This document shows positions 8,877 to 19,128 of a stretch of 64,000 nucleotides of DNA, piece after piece. The position numbers were made by a program, and so were the translations under genes. This DNA is from Chamaesiphon sp. Lineage in GTDB: Bacteria; Cyanobacteriota; Cyanobacteriia; Cyanobacteriales; Chamaesiphonaceae. The notes beneath the pieces are model-generated. The model saw only the letters and a program-made list of their open reading frames with translations, did no database searches and was not told where the DNA came from. The stretch covers positions 12,341 to 76,340 of the forward strand of contig CBDFFH010000054.1 of assembly GCA_965246715.1 (NCBI GenBank), in the 5' to 3' direction. Numbering within the stretch: position 1 is the first letter of the stretch; the number at the start of each line of letters is the position of its first letter.

Positions 8877-10079
8877 GTGTCTAAGAAGTCCATTGCCAGT
8901 TTATCTGCTGCCGACCTTACTGGAAAGCGCGTATTAGTTCGCGCAGATTTTAACGTTCCTGTAGATGATGCTGGCAACATCACCGATGATACGCGGATTC
9001 GTGCAGCTTTACCCACCATCAACGATCTGACTGGGAAAGGCGCTAAAGTTATCCTGTGCAGTCACTTCGGTCGTCCCAAAGGTGTCGATGAGAAATTACG
9101 TTTGACTCCCGTTGCCAAGCGGTTGTCGGAGCTATTAGGACAAGAAGTGGTCAAATGCAATGACTGTATCGGCGATGAAGTCGCTGGTAAAATCGGCGCA
9201 ATGACCAATGGACAAGTTGCTCTGTTAGAAAACGTCCGCTTTTATCCAGAAGAAGAGAAAAACGATCCTGAATTTGCGAAGAAATTAGCAGCTAATGCTG
9301 ACTTATACGTCAATGACGCATTTGGTACCGCTCACCGCGCCCACGCCTCCACCGAAGGCGTAACTAAATACCTGAGTCCATCAGTTGCTGGTTACTTGAT
9401 CGAGAAAGAATTGGAGTATCTCCAAAACGCGATCGAAAAACCCCAAGCACCTCTAGCTGCGATCGTTGGTGGTTCTAAAGTTTCCAGTAAAATTGGCGTA
9501 ATCGAAACTTTACTCGACAAATGCGATAAGTTATTCCTCGGTGGCGGGATGATTTTTACCTTCTACAAAGCGCGCGGCTTGAATGTTGGTAAATCTCTAG
9601 TTGAAGAAGATAAATTAGATTTAGCCCGCGCCCTCGAAGCCAAAGCTAAAGCAAATGGAGTCGAACTCTTATTACCTACCGATGTAGTAGTAGCTGACAA
9701 TTTCTCGCCAGATGCTAATTCCCAAATCGTCGATATTAACAATATCCCTGATGGATGGATGGGTTTAGATATCGGCCCCGATTCACTGAAAGTTTTTCAA
9801 GCTGCTTTAGCTGATTGCAAAACTGTCATCTGGAATGGCCCGATGGGTGTATTTGAGTTCGACAAATTCGCTGCTGGTACTGAAGGGATCGCGCACACGC
9901 TGGCCGACATCTCCAAAACTGGTGCGATCACGATTATCGGTGGTGGCGACTCAGTTGCGGCAGTCGAAAAAGTCGGTCTTGCCGAACAGATGAGTCACAT
10001 TTCCACAGGTGGTGGTGCTTCCCTAGAATTACTAGAAGGCAAAGTTCTTCCTGGTATCGCTGCGTTGGACGAAGCGTAA
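8877..10079 (+). CDS. pgk: Phosphoglycerate kinase
   Basis: [54 protein letters not shown] start after AAGGAG. Confidence 0.98.
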   Translation: MSKKSIASLSAADLTGKRVLVRADFNVPVDDAGNITDDTRIRAALPTINDLTGKGAKVILCSHFGRPKGVDEKLRLTPVAKRLSELLGQEVVKCNDCIGDEVAGKIGAMTNGQVALLENVRFYPEEEKNDPEFAKKLAANADLYVNDAFGTAHRAHASTEGVTKYLSPSVAGYLIEKELEYLQNAIEKPQAPLAAIVGGSKVSSKIGVIETLLDKCDKLFLGGGMIFTFYKARGLNVGKSLVEEDKLDLARALEAKAKANGVELLLPTDVVVADNFSPDANSQIVDINNIPDGWMGLDIGPDSLKVFQAALADCKTVIWNGPMGVFEFDKFAAGTEGIAHTLADISKTGAITIIGGGDSVAAVEKVGLAEQMSHISTGGGASLELLEGKVLPGIAALDEA

Positions 10080-10108
10080 ATCGGCAATGTAGTTTAAAGG
10101 CGATTTGT

Positions 10109-10240
10109 GTAGGGTGGATAATGCCCACCCTAACAATTTGAGCTAGTTAGCAAAAGCTAGATCGATCGACTTAAAACAAACAATATTAATCTAAAGCAAA
10201 ATCGGAATCTAATCTAAATGGTGGGTATTACCCACCCCAT
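10109..10240. repeat. Pair of REP-like palindromes (GTAGGGTGG...CCCACCCTA and GGTGGGTATTACCCACC) downstream of pgk
   Basis: Two related hairpins about 90 bp apart; GTAG tetranucleotide at the 5' foot; related to 57537-57652. Confidence 0.6.
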
Positions 10241-10318
10241 ATTACACATTTTTTTATTTTATTAGTCGTTATAAATTGTGGATTATAAATTCACAATTTA
10301 TAATTCATAATTTCTACC

Positions 10319-10957
10319 ATGTCTAGAGACCGCGAACCATTTATTAATTTAGTTTTATATCACGCTTTTAAACAACCGTTTATCAATCCATTTTTTTATG
10401 GGTATTTGCGGGGAAGAGTTATCGGTACCGAATATATTCCACGCAAAGGTGGATTTATCGTTGTCAGCAATCATGGCAGCAACTTTGACCCACCATTACT
10501 ATCTGGAGCGATACAACGTCCGGTAGCATATATGGCCAAAGAAGAACTATTTGAAGTGCCAGTATTGAAACAAGCGATCGAATTATACGGGGCCTATCCA
10601 GTCAAACGCGGCGCTGTCGATCGAACTACAATTAGAGCAGCGTTAGCGTATCTAGAAAAAGGCTGGGGTGTGGGATTGTTTATCTCCGGTACTCGTACTC
10701 CCGATGGTAGAGTCGCAGATCCGAAGCCAGGAGCAGCGCTAATTGCGGCTAAAGCTCAAGTACCGATTCTTCCGGTCTGTTTGTGGGGCAATCATCTCAT
10801 CGAACGAGAAGGTAAAAAATTACCCCAATCTACGCCTGTTACGATTAGAATTGGGAAATTAATCGAGTCACCAGCTTCGACAAAACGGGGCGAACTCGAT
10901 CGAGTTACGGATATTTGTACTACAGCCATCAATCAACTCCACGATCTAGGCAGATAG
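10319..10957 (+). CDS. plsC: 1-acyl-sn-glycerol-3-phosphate acyltransferase
   Basis: NHGSNFD (HxxxxD), MAKEELF, GAYPVKR, GTRT. Confidence 0.9.
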   Translation: MSRDREPFINLVLYHAFKQPFINPFFYGYLRGRVIGTEYIPRKGGFIVVSNHGSNFDPPLLSGAIQRPVAYMAKEELFEVPVLKQAIELYGAYPVKRGAVDRTTIRAALAYLEKGWGVGLFISGTRTPDGRVADPKPGAALIAAKAQVPILPVCLWGNHLIEREGKKLPQSTPVTIRIGKLIESPASTKRGELDRVTDICTTAINQLHDLGR

Positions 10958-11175
10958 TTAATTTCATCTACTAGAGCTAGCATACCCGTAAATCGTAGAG
11001 AGAAGCGAAGTTGTTAAATCCCCCTTTACAAGGGGTAATTTCGGGCACTTAGCCCTCTTTTTAAGGTAGGTTGGAGGATTGAGATCTTGAGTCGAAGTCT
11101 AATAAATGTATAATGTTGTTTCCCAAAAAGAAAAACCACATTCAACCTCTCGCATGAGGGGAAAAATATAGAAAA

Positions 11176-11469
11176 ATGGAAGATATTCGATCTCAATTGG
11201 CTGAAATTATTGACGAAGCCGAATTAGAATGGTTGAAACCACACATCCAAAAAGATGCAGTAATCATCGTCGATCCCGAACTCGATCTTCTCGATGTGGG
11301 TGTGGCAATTGCCAGTGACAATACCCAATCGGTTCAACATTGGATCGGCGAACAACTTTTGGTCAAACCATCGCCAGAAATCCTCAATCGTTGGAATGCA
11401 AATCCCGATCGTAAGTTTCAAGCAATCATCATTCAGCCGTATATTTTAGTCAAAGAAATGGCCGCATAG
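11176..11469 (+). CDS. DUF2288 family protein
   Basis: WLKPH...DAVI...LDLLDVGVAIASDN...VQHWI...FQAIIIQPYILV. Confidence 0.8.
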   Translation: MEDIRSQLAEIIDEAELEWLKPHIQKDAVIIVDPELDLLDVGVAIASDNTQSVQHWIGEQLLVKPSPEILNRWNANPDRKFQAIIIQPYILVKEMAA

Positions 11470-11474
11470 ATATT

Positions 11475-11515
11475 ATAGAGATAATCGGCTGGTACCGATG
11501 CCAAATTATCTCTAT
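11475..11515. terminator. Hairpin between convergent genes (possible bidirectional terminator)
   Basis: ATAGAGATAAT (11475-11485) / ATTATCTCTAT (11505-11515). Confidence 0.5.
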
Positions 11516-11527
11516 TACCAATATTTT

Positions 11528-11827
11528 CTAGTTGTGTTTAGCGCGGTAAATAGCGTTAGAAGTGCGATTTAAACGGCGGTTGAGATGGTATTTTTCAGAG
11601 TTAGTTAATTTACCGCCACTGCGGATCGCCCGGTAACGGGCTGCTTCGATGTTCTCTTCTCGACGATGTAAGCGATTATATTCTTTATGAGTCAGCGAAC
11701 CATTATTGACCCCATTTTGAATCCGTCGCTCTTGACGTTCGATGCGATTGTTGAGTTGTCCTGCTTGAGCGGCCAAAGGTAGAAGTACTACGGCAGAAAC
11801 TAACATTGCACTGATTAACTTTTTCAC
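11528..11827 (-). CDS. Small secreted basic helical-repeat protein
   Basis: Signal peptide ending AAQA; repeats RIQNGVNNGSLTHKEYNRL and SGGKLTNSEKYHL. Confidence 0.8.
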   Translation of the reverse strand: MKKLISAMLVSAVVLLPLAAQAGQLNNRIERQERRIQNGVNNGSLTHKEYNRLHRREENIEAARYRAIRSGGKLTNSEKYHLNRRLNRTSNAIYRAKHN

Positions 11828-12004
11828 GATCGAACTCCATTAACTTGTTGGGCTAGTGCAGTGTTAGACAGGCGTGTCTCGATCGAGGTTCAATTTCCGA
11901 TCGACTTTTTTTGTGAAGTTCGATTTCGGTTCAGTGGTTGCAATCGTGGATTGGGAGTGCGGATTGAAGTCGCAGCCTGCGCGGCTGTCTAATTTAGATT
12001 TTTA

Positions 12005-13543
12005 TTATCGATCGACTGCCAAGCAGCGAATTGCTTCGAGCAACCCTCTGGCTTTGTTTAAAGTTTCCTCGTATTCAGTCACCGGATCGGAATCAGCAAC
12101 AAGTCCGGCTCCTGCTTGTACCGACACCACATAGTTACCCTTATCATCGGGACGAGCGACCATCGTGCGTAAGGTAATGGCTGTATTTAGTTGACCTTCA
12201 AAATCATAGTAACCGTAGACCCCCGAATAAGCATTGCGCCGACAGCCTTCGAGTGCGTGGATGATTTCCAGCGCGCGAATTTTGGGTGCGCCGCTGACAG
12301 TTCCGGCGGGAAAACAGGCTTTGAGGAGATCCCAGGCGGTTTTGCTCGGTGCGAGTCGTCCGACGACATTGCTGACGATGTGCATGACATGAGAATACCG
12401 CTCGATCGTCATTAATTCATCAACCACGACCGTACCACTTTCGCAGACTCGCCCCAAATCGTTACGTCCTAAATCGACTAACATCACATGTTCGGCAACT
12501 TCCTTAGGATCTGCAAGCAGCTCTTTGGCTAAAGCATCATCTTCCGTTGCTGTCTGTCCTCGACGGCGCGTTCCGGCGATCGGGCGAAGTGTCGCTTCGA
12601 TCGTACCATCATCGTTGCGATCGGCTTTGACCATTACTTCTGGACTAGAGCCGATAATCTGCCAATCCCCAAAATTAAAAAATGCCATATAGGGTGAGGG
12701 ATTGACCAATCTTAGCGATCGATACAGGTCGAACGGACTCCCCGTATAAGTTGTCGATAAACGCTGCGAAACTACAACCTGGAAAATATCACCAGCGGTA
12801 ATATGTGCCTTGGCTTTGATGACATTGGCGCAGAATTCGGCTTTAGATGTATTGCTTGTATATTCCGCCGGAAGTTCGGTGAGCGGTTTCGTCGGTTGCG
12901 GCGGAGTCCATTCAAGAAATTTAGAAGTTATCGGCTGTTGGAGCTTATCGACCATTATTTTCACCCGATCGCAAGCTTGAGTATATGCCAGTTCGAGGTT
13001 CCCATTGCACCCCTGAAGATCGGCATACGCGATCGCCCAGATCTTGCGTTTCATTTGGTCGAAGACCATCAGATGGTCTACTTGCATCCACAACCCGTCC
13101 GGAAGGTCACCAGCAGTGGTTGAATGGATGGGTACTCTAGATTCGATCCACTTAATTAATTCGTAGCCCCAGAAGCCAAATAAACCACCAATTCCACTCG
13201 GAAGCTGAGGCAGTTTAACGGGTTTGTAAGGATCTAGACAAGTTGCAAGCGTCTCGAACGGATCGCCTGTAGATGTCTTCACCGAACCATCTCGGTGGGT
13301 TTGCGTCGTGCGATCGCCCCGATTTTCCAGCACCCACAGCGGATTGCAACCCAAGAAACTATAGCGTCCGACAGTTTCTCCACCCTCGACAGATTCCATC
13401 AAAAAACTATACGGTTGACCCGCGCACACCTTATACCATGCCGAAACGGGTGTATCTAAATCGGCGACCCATTCTTGATAGACAGGGATAAAGTTACCTT
13501 GTGCCGCTAGCTGACTGAATCGATCGAAACTGGGGAAGATCAT
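12005..13543 (-). CDS. trpE: Anthranilate synthase component I
   Basis: DLDTPVSAW, LMESVEGG, GDIFQVVVSQR, NPSPY, PIAGTRRRG, AEHVMLVDLGRND, FPAGTVSGAPK. Confidence 0.95.
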   Translation of the reverse strand: MIFPSFDRFSQLAAQGNFIPVYQEWVADLDTPVSAWYKVCAGQPYSFLMESVEGGETVGRYSFLGCNPLWVLENRGDRTTQTHRDGSVKTSTGDPFETLATCLDPYKPVKLPQLPSGIGGLFGFWGYELIKWIESRVPIHSTTAGDLPDGLWMQVDHLMVFDQMKRKIWAIAYADLQGCNGNLELAYTQACDRVKIMVDKLQQPITSKFLEWTPPQPTKPLTELPAEYTSNTSKAEFCANVIKAKAHITAGDIFQVVVSQRLSTTYTGSPFDLYRSLRLVNPSPYMAFFNFGDWQIIGSSPEVMVKADRNDDGTIEATLRPIAGTRRRGQTATEDDALAKELLADPKEVAEHVMLVDLGRNDLGRVCESGTVVVDELMTIERYSHVMHIVSNVVGRLAPSKTAWDLLKACFPAGTVSGAPKIRALEIIHALEGCRRNAYSGVYGYYDFEGQLNTAITLRTMVARPDDKGNYVVSVQAGAGLVADSDPVTEYEETLNKARGLLEAIRCLAVDR

Positions 13544-13689
13544 TACAAAAAGATCGCAGGGGTATCTCTCCTATTGTGCCTGCTGGAGGATCGATCGAGC
13601 AAATATTCCGCGATCTCGATCGGCTGGTGGTGATACATAGCTCCACGGGAACTCACAAGGTGTACCAAAAATTCCTAGCGTTACTGAAT

Positions 13690-13725
13690 TCCCTTCCTAA
13701 AAGGTGTGCCCGACAGGGCGGGGTG
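13690..13725. repeat. Dispersed 36-bp GC-rich repeat (core GTGCCCGACAGGGCGGGGTG)
   Basis: Identical 20-nt core at 52963-52998; both copies lie just downstream of a minus-strand stop codon. Confidence 0.7.
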
Positions 13726-13728
13726 AGT

Positions 13729-14202
13729 TCAACTCCGTTTCATCGCCCGATCCATATCCCGCTTGTCATCTCGTTTCTTCAGGTCATCTCGCTTATCGTG
13801 TAGCTTCTTACCTTTAACTAGCGCGATCGTCACCTTAACCTTACCCCGCTTAAAATACATCTTTAGCGGCACTAAAGTTAGACCTTGCTGCTCGACCTTC
13901 CCCGTCAGCTTGCGAATTTCCTGCTTGTGCATCAGCAGTCGCCGCGTGCGGGTGGGTTCGTGGTTAAAATACGCACTCGTGCTAGCATAGGGCGAGATGT
14001 GGGCATTGAGCAGCCAAATTTGCCCTTGGCGCAATAAACCATAACCATCGCGCAGATTGGCTCTACCGCCACGGATGGACTTTACTTCCGATCCCACTAA
14101 TTCGATCCCCGCTTCGTAAGTTTCGAGGATTTCATACAGGAACCGGGCTTGCCGATTATCGGCAACAATTTTGATACTTTCGGATTTTTCTTTCTCGCTC
14201 AT
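13729..14202 (-). CDS. smpB: SsrA-binding protein
   Basis: NRQARFLYEILETYEAGIELVGSEVKSIR, RTRRLLMHK, GKKLHDKR. Confidence 0.97.
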   Translation of the reverse strand: MSEKEKSESIKIVADNRQARFLYEILETYEAGIELVGSEVKSIRGGRANLRDGYGLLRQGQIWLLNAHISPYASTSAYFNHEPTRTRRLLMHKQEIRKLTGKVEQQGLTLVPLKMYFKRGKVKVTIALVKGKKLHDKRDDLKKRDDKRDMDRAMKRS

Positions 14203-14673
14203 AGATCTATTCTACTAGGCGCTAGGGCTGGTGACTAGTAGCTAGCATGAGTTTACTAAATACCCACTTCTCTAAGAATATGTGTAAGTGATATCTAGCT
14301 CTTAGGTATCTATGGAATGTAACTTTATCTAAAGATCTGGACTAATTGGGGAAATTTGGTATAGTTAGTTCCATTCGACCAGATGCGATCGATTCTCAAT
14401 AATGCTGAATATTTGTTTTAGTTGGGATTTAAATCGCAATTGATGATTTACTCGGGTGGTAGTCAAACAGTTTTGTCAAGGATAAAACAGTAGTACTAAT
14501 TTTGCAAAATTGCAATCCTATATCGACCCACACTGCAACCCAGCGATGGGAGCAACTACAATAACTATGTCCATTTGGCTACTCAAATAGGGAGTGAATT
14601 TACAACTTCCATGTATTATTTATGATAATCTCTGTTTCTAGGGTCTGTTTTATCTTGCTGGTGAGGAAATTTT

Positions 14674-16128
14674 ATGGGTAACTCTGTTGATTTTGGCGGT
14701 CGCCCGATTCATTTTATTGGGATTGGCGGGATTGGCATGTCCGGACTCGCATACGTTCTGGCAAGACGCGGATTGCCAGTTTCTGGTTCCGATTTGAAAT
14801 CTTCCAATATTACCGAACGGTTAGCCGCAGCAGGCGCACATATTTTTCTCAAGCAAGATGCGAGCAATTTAGAATTTTTTCAAGCTAATTCTGAGGGCAA
14901 TCGGCTCCCGCAAATTATTTGTTCGACCGCCATCGGTAAAACTAATAGCGAACTCACCGCTGCCTTAGAACTTGGCTGTCCGACCTTTCATCGATCGGAT
15001 GTATTAGCAACGATGATTGCTGAATACGATAGTATCGGAGTAGCAGGTACGCACGGTAAAACGACGACTAGCAGTGCGATCGGTTATATGCTCGTAGCAG
15101 CAGGAGTCGATCCGACAATTGTGGTAGGTGGAGAGGTTGACGCTTGGGACGGGAACGCACGGGTAGGCAAGAGCAAGTACTTCGTTGCCGAAGTTGATGA
15201 GTCCGATGGTTCGCTCGTCAAGCATGCGCCCAAAATTGGGGTGATTACCAATATCGAACTAGATCACCCCGATCATTATAAAAGTCTCGAACAAGTCATC
15301 GATACATTTACCACCTTTGCCCAGCAGTGCGAAATCACCATCGGATCGGTAGATTGTGAAATCGTGCGCGATCGGATTAAGCCAACTATTTGTTATAGTG
15401 TCGAGTCAGATCGGGTAGCGGATTATACCGCAAAAAACATTGACTACCATGCCGATGGCACTTCTGCGGAAGTTTATGAATATGGCAAATTATTGGGAAC
15501 ACTAAAGTTAGGCGTATTAGGCAAACATAACTTGAGTAATGCACTAGCCACCATTGCGGTGGGTCGCAAAATCGGGTTGGACTTCGCCGCGATCGCTTCT
15601 GGTCTAGCGACCTTCAGTGGTGCCAAACGACGGTTTGAGCTTCGAGGATATCAGAATGACATTACCTTTATCGATGATTACGCTCACCATCCCAGCGAGA
15701 TCCTCGTCACCCTCAGCGCCGCTCGGTTGCGTGTGGGTGCCCATCGCCGAGTGGTAGCTGTATTCCAGCCGCATCGATATACGCGCACTTTGGAATTTCT
15801 CAATGAGTTTGCCCAATCTTTTAAAGATGCAGATGTAGTTGTGATTACAGATATTTATAGTGCGGGTGAGGTAAATACCGGAGTGGTCAGTGGCGAAAAA
15901 GTAGTGACAGAAATTGGCAAATACCATTCAAATGTTCGCTACCAACCCACACTAGCTGCGGTATCTAAGTTTCTCACTCAAAATCTCCAACCCGGGGATA
16001 TCTGCTTGTGCTTGGGAGCAGGCAATCTCAACCAAATCATTCCGGATCTGGTGGATACTTATCGCTGTGCGACTGGAGCTGCTATGCGGATTCCAGCAAG
16101 TGCCAAACAGCCAGAAACAGTAGTCTGA
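14674..16128 (+). CDS. murC: UDP-N-acetylmuramate--L-alanine ligase
   Basis: HFIGIGGIGMSG, AGTHGKTTT, EVDESDGS, DDYAHHP, FQPHRY. Confidence 0.96.
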   Translation: MGNSVDFGGRPIHFIGIGGIGMSGLAYVLARRGLPVSGSDLKSSNITERLAAAGAHIFLKQDASNLEFFQANSEGNRLPQIICSTAIGKTNSELTAALELGCPTFHRSDVLATMIAEYDSIGVAGTHGKTTTSSAIGYMLVAAGVDPTIVVGGEVDAWDGNARVGKSKYFVAEVDESDGSLVKHAPKIGVITNIELDHPDHYKSLEQVIDTFTTFAQQCEITIGSVDCEIVRDRIKPTICYSVESDRVADYTAKNIDYHADGTSAEVYEYGKLLGTLKLGVLGKHNLSNALATIAVGRKIGLDFAAIASGLATFSGAKRRFELRGYQNDITFIDDYAHHPSEILVTLSAARLRVGAHRRVVAVFQPHRYTRTLEFLNEFAQSFKDADVVVITDIYSAGEVNTGVVSGEKVVTEIGKYHSNVRYQPTLAAVSKFLTQNLQPGDICLCLGAGNLNQIIPDLVDTYRCATGAAMRIPASAKQPETVV

Positions 16129-16285
16129 GAACGAATTTAACCGATCTAAATTAACGTTAAGGTCAGTCGATCGTTCATTTAGATTAAGAGTCATGTTGGG
16201 CTTTGGGGTTGCAATTTTAGGCCATCTACTGTTTACCATCGACCGTTCGCAGACATTCGATAAACCATTACACTACCCCGATAAT

Positions 16286-17266
16286 ATGACCCTCTCCCAA
16301 GATCGCCCGCCCATCAAAACTACTCAAACTCAGGAGTCAGTGGACGTTTCTAATCATTCCGATCGCAATTTTGAGCTGCCTGACAACTGTCCGATTAGAG
16401 CGGCAGTCGCGCTCAAGGGATTGACAACATGGAAAGTCGGCGGGCCAGCAGAATGGTATCTCGAACCGCATACGTTGGCAGAGACCCAGATTGGTTTGGA
16501 TTGGGCGCATCAGCAAAAGTTACCGATTACTTTTATCGGCGCTGGCTCGAATTTATTGATTAGCGATCGCGGTTTGAAAGGTTTGGTAATTTGTACTCGC
16601 CATCTGCGTCATGCCAACACTACTTTCGACAATGAGACTCGATCGATGACCGCAGATGCGGGTAAAATGCTCGCTAGCCTAGCATGGCAGGCAGCGCGGA
16701 GGGGTTGGGGTGGAATGGAGTGGGCGGCTGGCATTCCGGGCACTGTTGGTGGTGCTGTCGTAATGAATGCTGGTGCGCACGGGCATAGTACCGAAGAGAT
16801 TTTAGTTACTACTGAAGTGCTCAATCTCGATGGCTCGATCGAGACTCTCACCAATCAGGATTTAAATTATAGTTATCGTACCTCAAATCTCCAGGGTGAC
16901 TCGCGACTGGTACTGAGCGCAACATTTCAATTACAAGTAGCAGGTGATGCGGAAGAAGTTAAGTCGCGCACTTTCCGCGACTTGGAAAAACGCCATAGCA
17001 AGCAACCTTACGATCGACCGAGCTGTGGGAGTGTTTTTCGCAATCCATCGCCGCAATATGCAGCCGTCTTAATTGAAGGATTGGGACTCAAAGGTCATCG
17101 GATCGGCGATGCGGAAGTCTCGACCCTCCATGCCAATTTTATTATCAACCGTCAGGATGCGACGGCCACTGAGATTAGAAACTTGATTTACTACGTTCAA
17201 AGTCGCGTCCGCGAAGCATACGAGATCGAACTCGAACCCGAAGTGAAGATGCTCGGTGAATTCTAA
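16286..17266 (+). CDS. murB: UDP-N-acetylenolpyruvoylglucosamine reductase
   Basis: TTWKVGGPA, GAGSNLL, GIPGTVGGAVVMNAGA, SCGSVFRNP, HANFIIN, LEPEV; ATG 16286 (MTLSQD) preferred over 16193. Confidence 0.95.
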   Translation: MTLSQDRPPIKTTQTQESVDVSNHSDRNFELPDNCPIRAAVALKGLTTWKVGGPAEWYLEPHTLAETQIGLDWAHQQKLPITFIGAGSNLLISDRGLKGLVICTRHLRHANTTFDNETRSMTADAGKMLASLAWQAARRGWGGMEWAAGIPGTVGGAVVMNAGAHGHSTEEILVTTEVLNLDGSIETLTNQDLNYSYRTSNLQGDSRLVLSATFQLQVAGDAEEVKSRTFRDLEKRHSKQPYDRPSCGSVFRNPSPQYAAVLIEGLGLKGHRIGDAEVSTLHANFIINRQDATATEIRNLIYYVQSRVREAYEIELEPEVKMLGEF

Positions 17267-17498
17267 GTTCTCCGTTCGATCGGGATTTTACAACTGTGCC
17301 AGCCGAAATGGGTATCATAAATGAGTAGGTCGCGATCGCGGTGATGCTCATCGTGAAAGGCTGCGTAAAATATTTCAACTGGTTGACACAGCCTCCGCGC
17401 ATGGAACAGTGTGACAAGTGACGGATACCCTCACCCCTGAATTCCCTGACTCCAGTAAGATGGGATATCGTTCAAATTGACTAAATACTCTAAAGATT

Positions 17499-17840
17499 AT
17501 GACTAAAGGACAAGGATTTGGCGGTTTCGGTCTCGGCAAGATGAAAGAACTAGCCGACGCATTCAAAAAAGCCCAACAGGTACAAGAAGATGCCAAAAAG
17601 CTTCAAGAAGAACTGGAGCAAATGGAAATTGAAGGTAATGCAGGTGGTGTCAGTGTCACCCTCAGCGGCAACCAAGAACCCCGCCGCGTCAGTATCGGAG
17701 CCGACGCTGCTGGTAAGAGTCCCGAAGAACTCTCCCAACTCGTGCTCGATGCGATGATGGATGCTTATGACAAGTCCACCGCGACAATGCGCGAACGCAT
17801 GGAATTACTCACCAGCGGACTAAATATTCCTGGTTTGTAG
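17499..17840 (+). CDS. YbaB/EbfC nucleoid-associated protein
   Basis: [49 protein letters not shown]. Confidence 0.9.
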   Translation: MTKGQGFGGFGLGKMKELADAFKKAQQVQEDAKKLQEELEQMEIEGNAGGVSVTLSGNQEPRRVSIGADAAGKSPEELSQLVLDAMMDAYDKSTATMRERMELLTSGLNIPGL

Positions 17841-17841
17841 G

Positions 17842-18050
17842 ACAGTCAATAGCGAACAGTGAATAGTGAATAGTGGTTAGTAGTTGCTGACTGTTTACAT
17901 TCAATCAAAAATAATATGGGTATTGTCGTACGATAAAAGTCGGCAGTACCCATATTTCTCGTACATCAAACAAGATCGACAATTTAAAGCTACCCCAACT
18001 TGCAGATTTAATATTTACTGTTCACTATTCACTGTTCACTATTCACTACT
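17842..18050. repeat. Heptamer short tandem repeats (STRR-like) in inverted orientation
   Basis: (AATAGTG/AACAGTG)n at 17842-17880 and (CACTATT/CACTGTT)n at 18017-18050. Similar heptamer runs near 26586-26662, 28845-28872, 31435-31454, 35443-35468, 36503-36638 and 62181-62205. Confidence 0.7.
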
Positions 18051-18051
18051 C

Positions 18052-19098
18052 ATGGATTCTGTCGAACAGAAATATCGGCGCATTCGAGGCGACCTTCAGC
18101 GGGGCGGCCTTGCCCTGACACTAGTATTTATCACAGGTACGCTGTGGTATCGCCTAGTCGAAGATTGGCATTGGGTGGATGCAGTATATATGACTGCCAT
18201 CACCCTGACGACCGTAGGCTATGGTGAAACGCAACCATTAGGCGATCGCGGGCGAATTTTTACCATTGCCTTAATTTTAGCTGGGGTAATAACGATCGGT
18301 TATATCGTCAATCGATTTACAGAAGCCTTGATTGAAGGCTATTTTATAGAAGGTCGCAAAATCAGGCAACAAAAAAAACTTGTGGAATCTCTCACCGAAC
18401 ACTTTATTATTTGCGGTTTTGGGCGGATCGGGCGGCAAATCGCTACCGAATTTGCGGCTGAGGGGACGGCATTTGTCGTGATCGATGCGAGTAGCGAGCA
18501 GGTAAAGATCGCCCAAACTGAGGGTTATAGTGCAGTCCAAGCAGATGCCACCCTGGATGAGACGCTAATCAAAATGGGGGTTGAGAAAGCAGCTTGTCTG
18601 GTCGCGGCGCTACCTTCTGATGCAGAAAATCTCTACATTATTTTATCGGCAAAAAGCCTCAATCCGAACATTCGGGCGATCGCGCGCGCCAGTACCGAAG
18701 AAGCCGTGCAGAAGCTCCAACGAGCGGGAGCGAGCAAAGTGATTTCTCCTTATATCACTGGAGCAAAACGGATGGCTGCGGCGGCTTTACGCCCCCAGGT
18801 GATGGATTTTATGGATGGGATCATGACTAGCGATCGCTCTTTCTATATGGAGGAGTTTCTCATCGATTCGCAGACTTGTCCGGTAACTGGGTTATCGCTG
18901 CGAGAGGCGAGACTGCGCTCTCAATCTGGTGCGCTCGTGCTAGCCGTTCGCAGACAAGATGGCACTTCGATCGTGGGGCCAACGGGGGAGACGATTATTA
19001 TGGCACAGGATATGTTGATTTGTATGGGCACAGCAGATCAATTGCGCGTCCTCAATCAAATTTTAGATCCGATCGCTCCGAGAATCGATCGACGATAA
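18052..19098 (+). CDS. Potassium channel with RCK (TrkA-N/TrkA-C) domains
   Basis: TLTTVGYG selectivity filter, ICGFGRIG, C-terminal RCK_C; ATG 18052 preferred. Confidence 0.92.
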   Translation: MDSVEQKYRRIRGDLQRGGLALTLVFITGTLWYRLVEDWHWVDAVYMTAITLTTVGYGETQPLGDRGRIFTIALILAGVITIGYIVNRFTEALIEGYFIEGRKIRQQKKLVESLTEHFIICGFGRIGRQIATEFAAEGTAFVVIDASSEQVKIAQTEGYSAVQADATLDETLIKMGVEKAACLVAALPSDAENLYIILSAKSLNPNIRAIARASTEEAVQKLQRAGASKVISPYITGAKRMAAAALRPQVMDFMDGIMTSDRSFYMEEFLIDSQTCPVTGLSLREARLRSQSGALVLAVRRQDGTSIVGPTGETIIMAQDMLICMGTADQLRVLNQILDPIAPRIDRR

Positions 19099-19128
19099 CT
19101 TACTACCGTAGGGGTAAGGGATCCGCTA

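Noticed and set aside
16060..16128. Possible small hairpin insertion in the murC C-terminal extension (CTGGAGCTGCTATGCGGATTCCAG)
   Set aside because: No second copy or empty site in the window, and C-terminal tails vary naturally.
17884..18051. N-terminal extension of the K+ channel ORF
   Set aside because: Runs through heptamer repeats; ATG 18052 is the plausible start.
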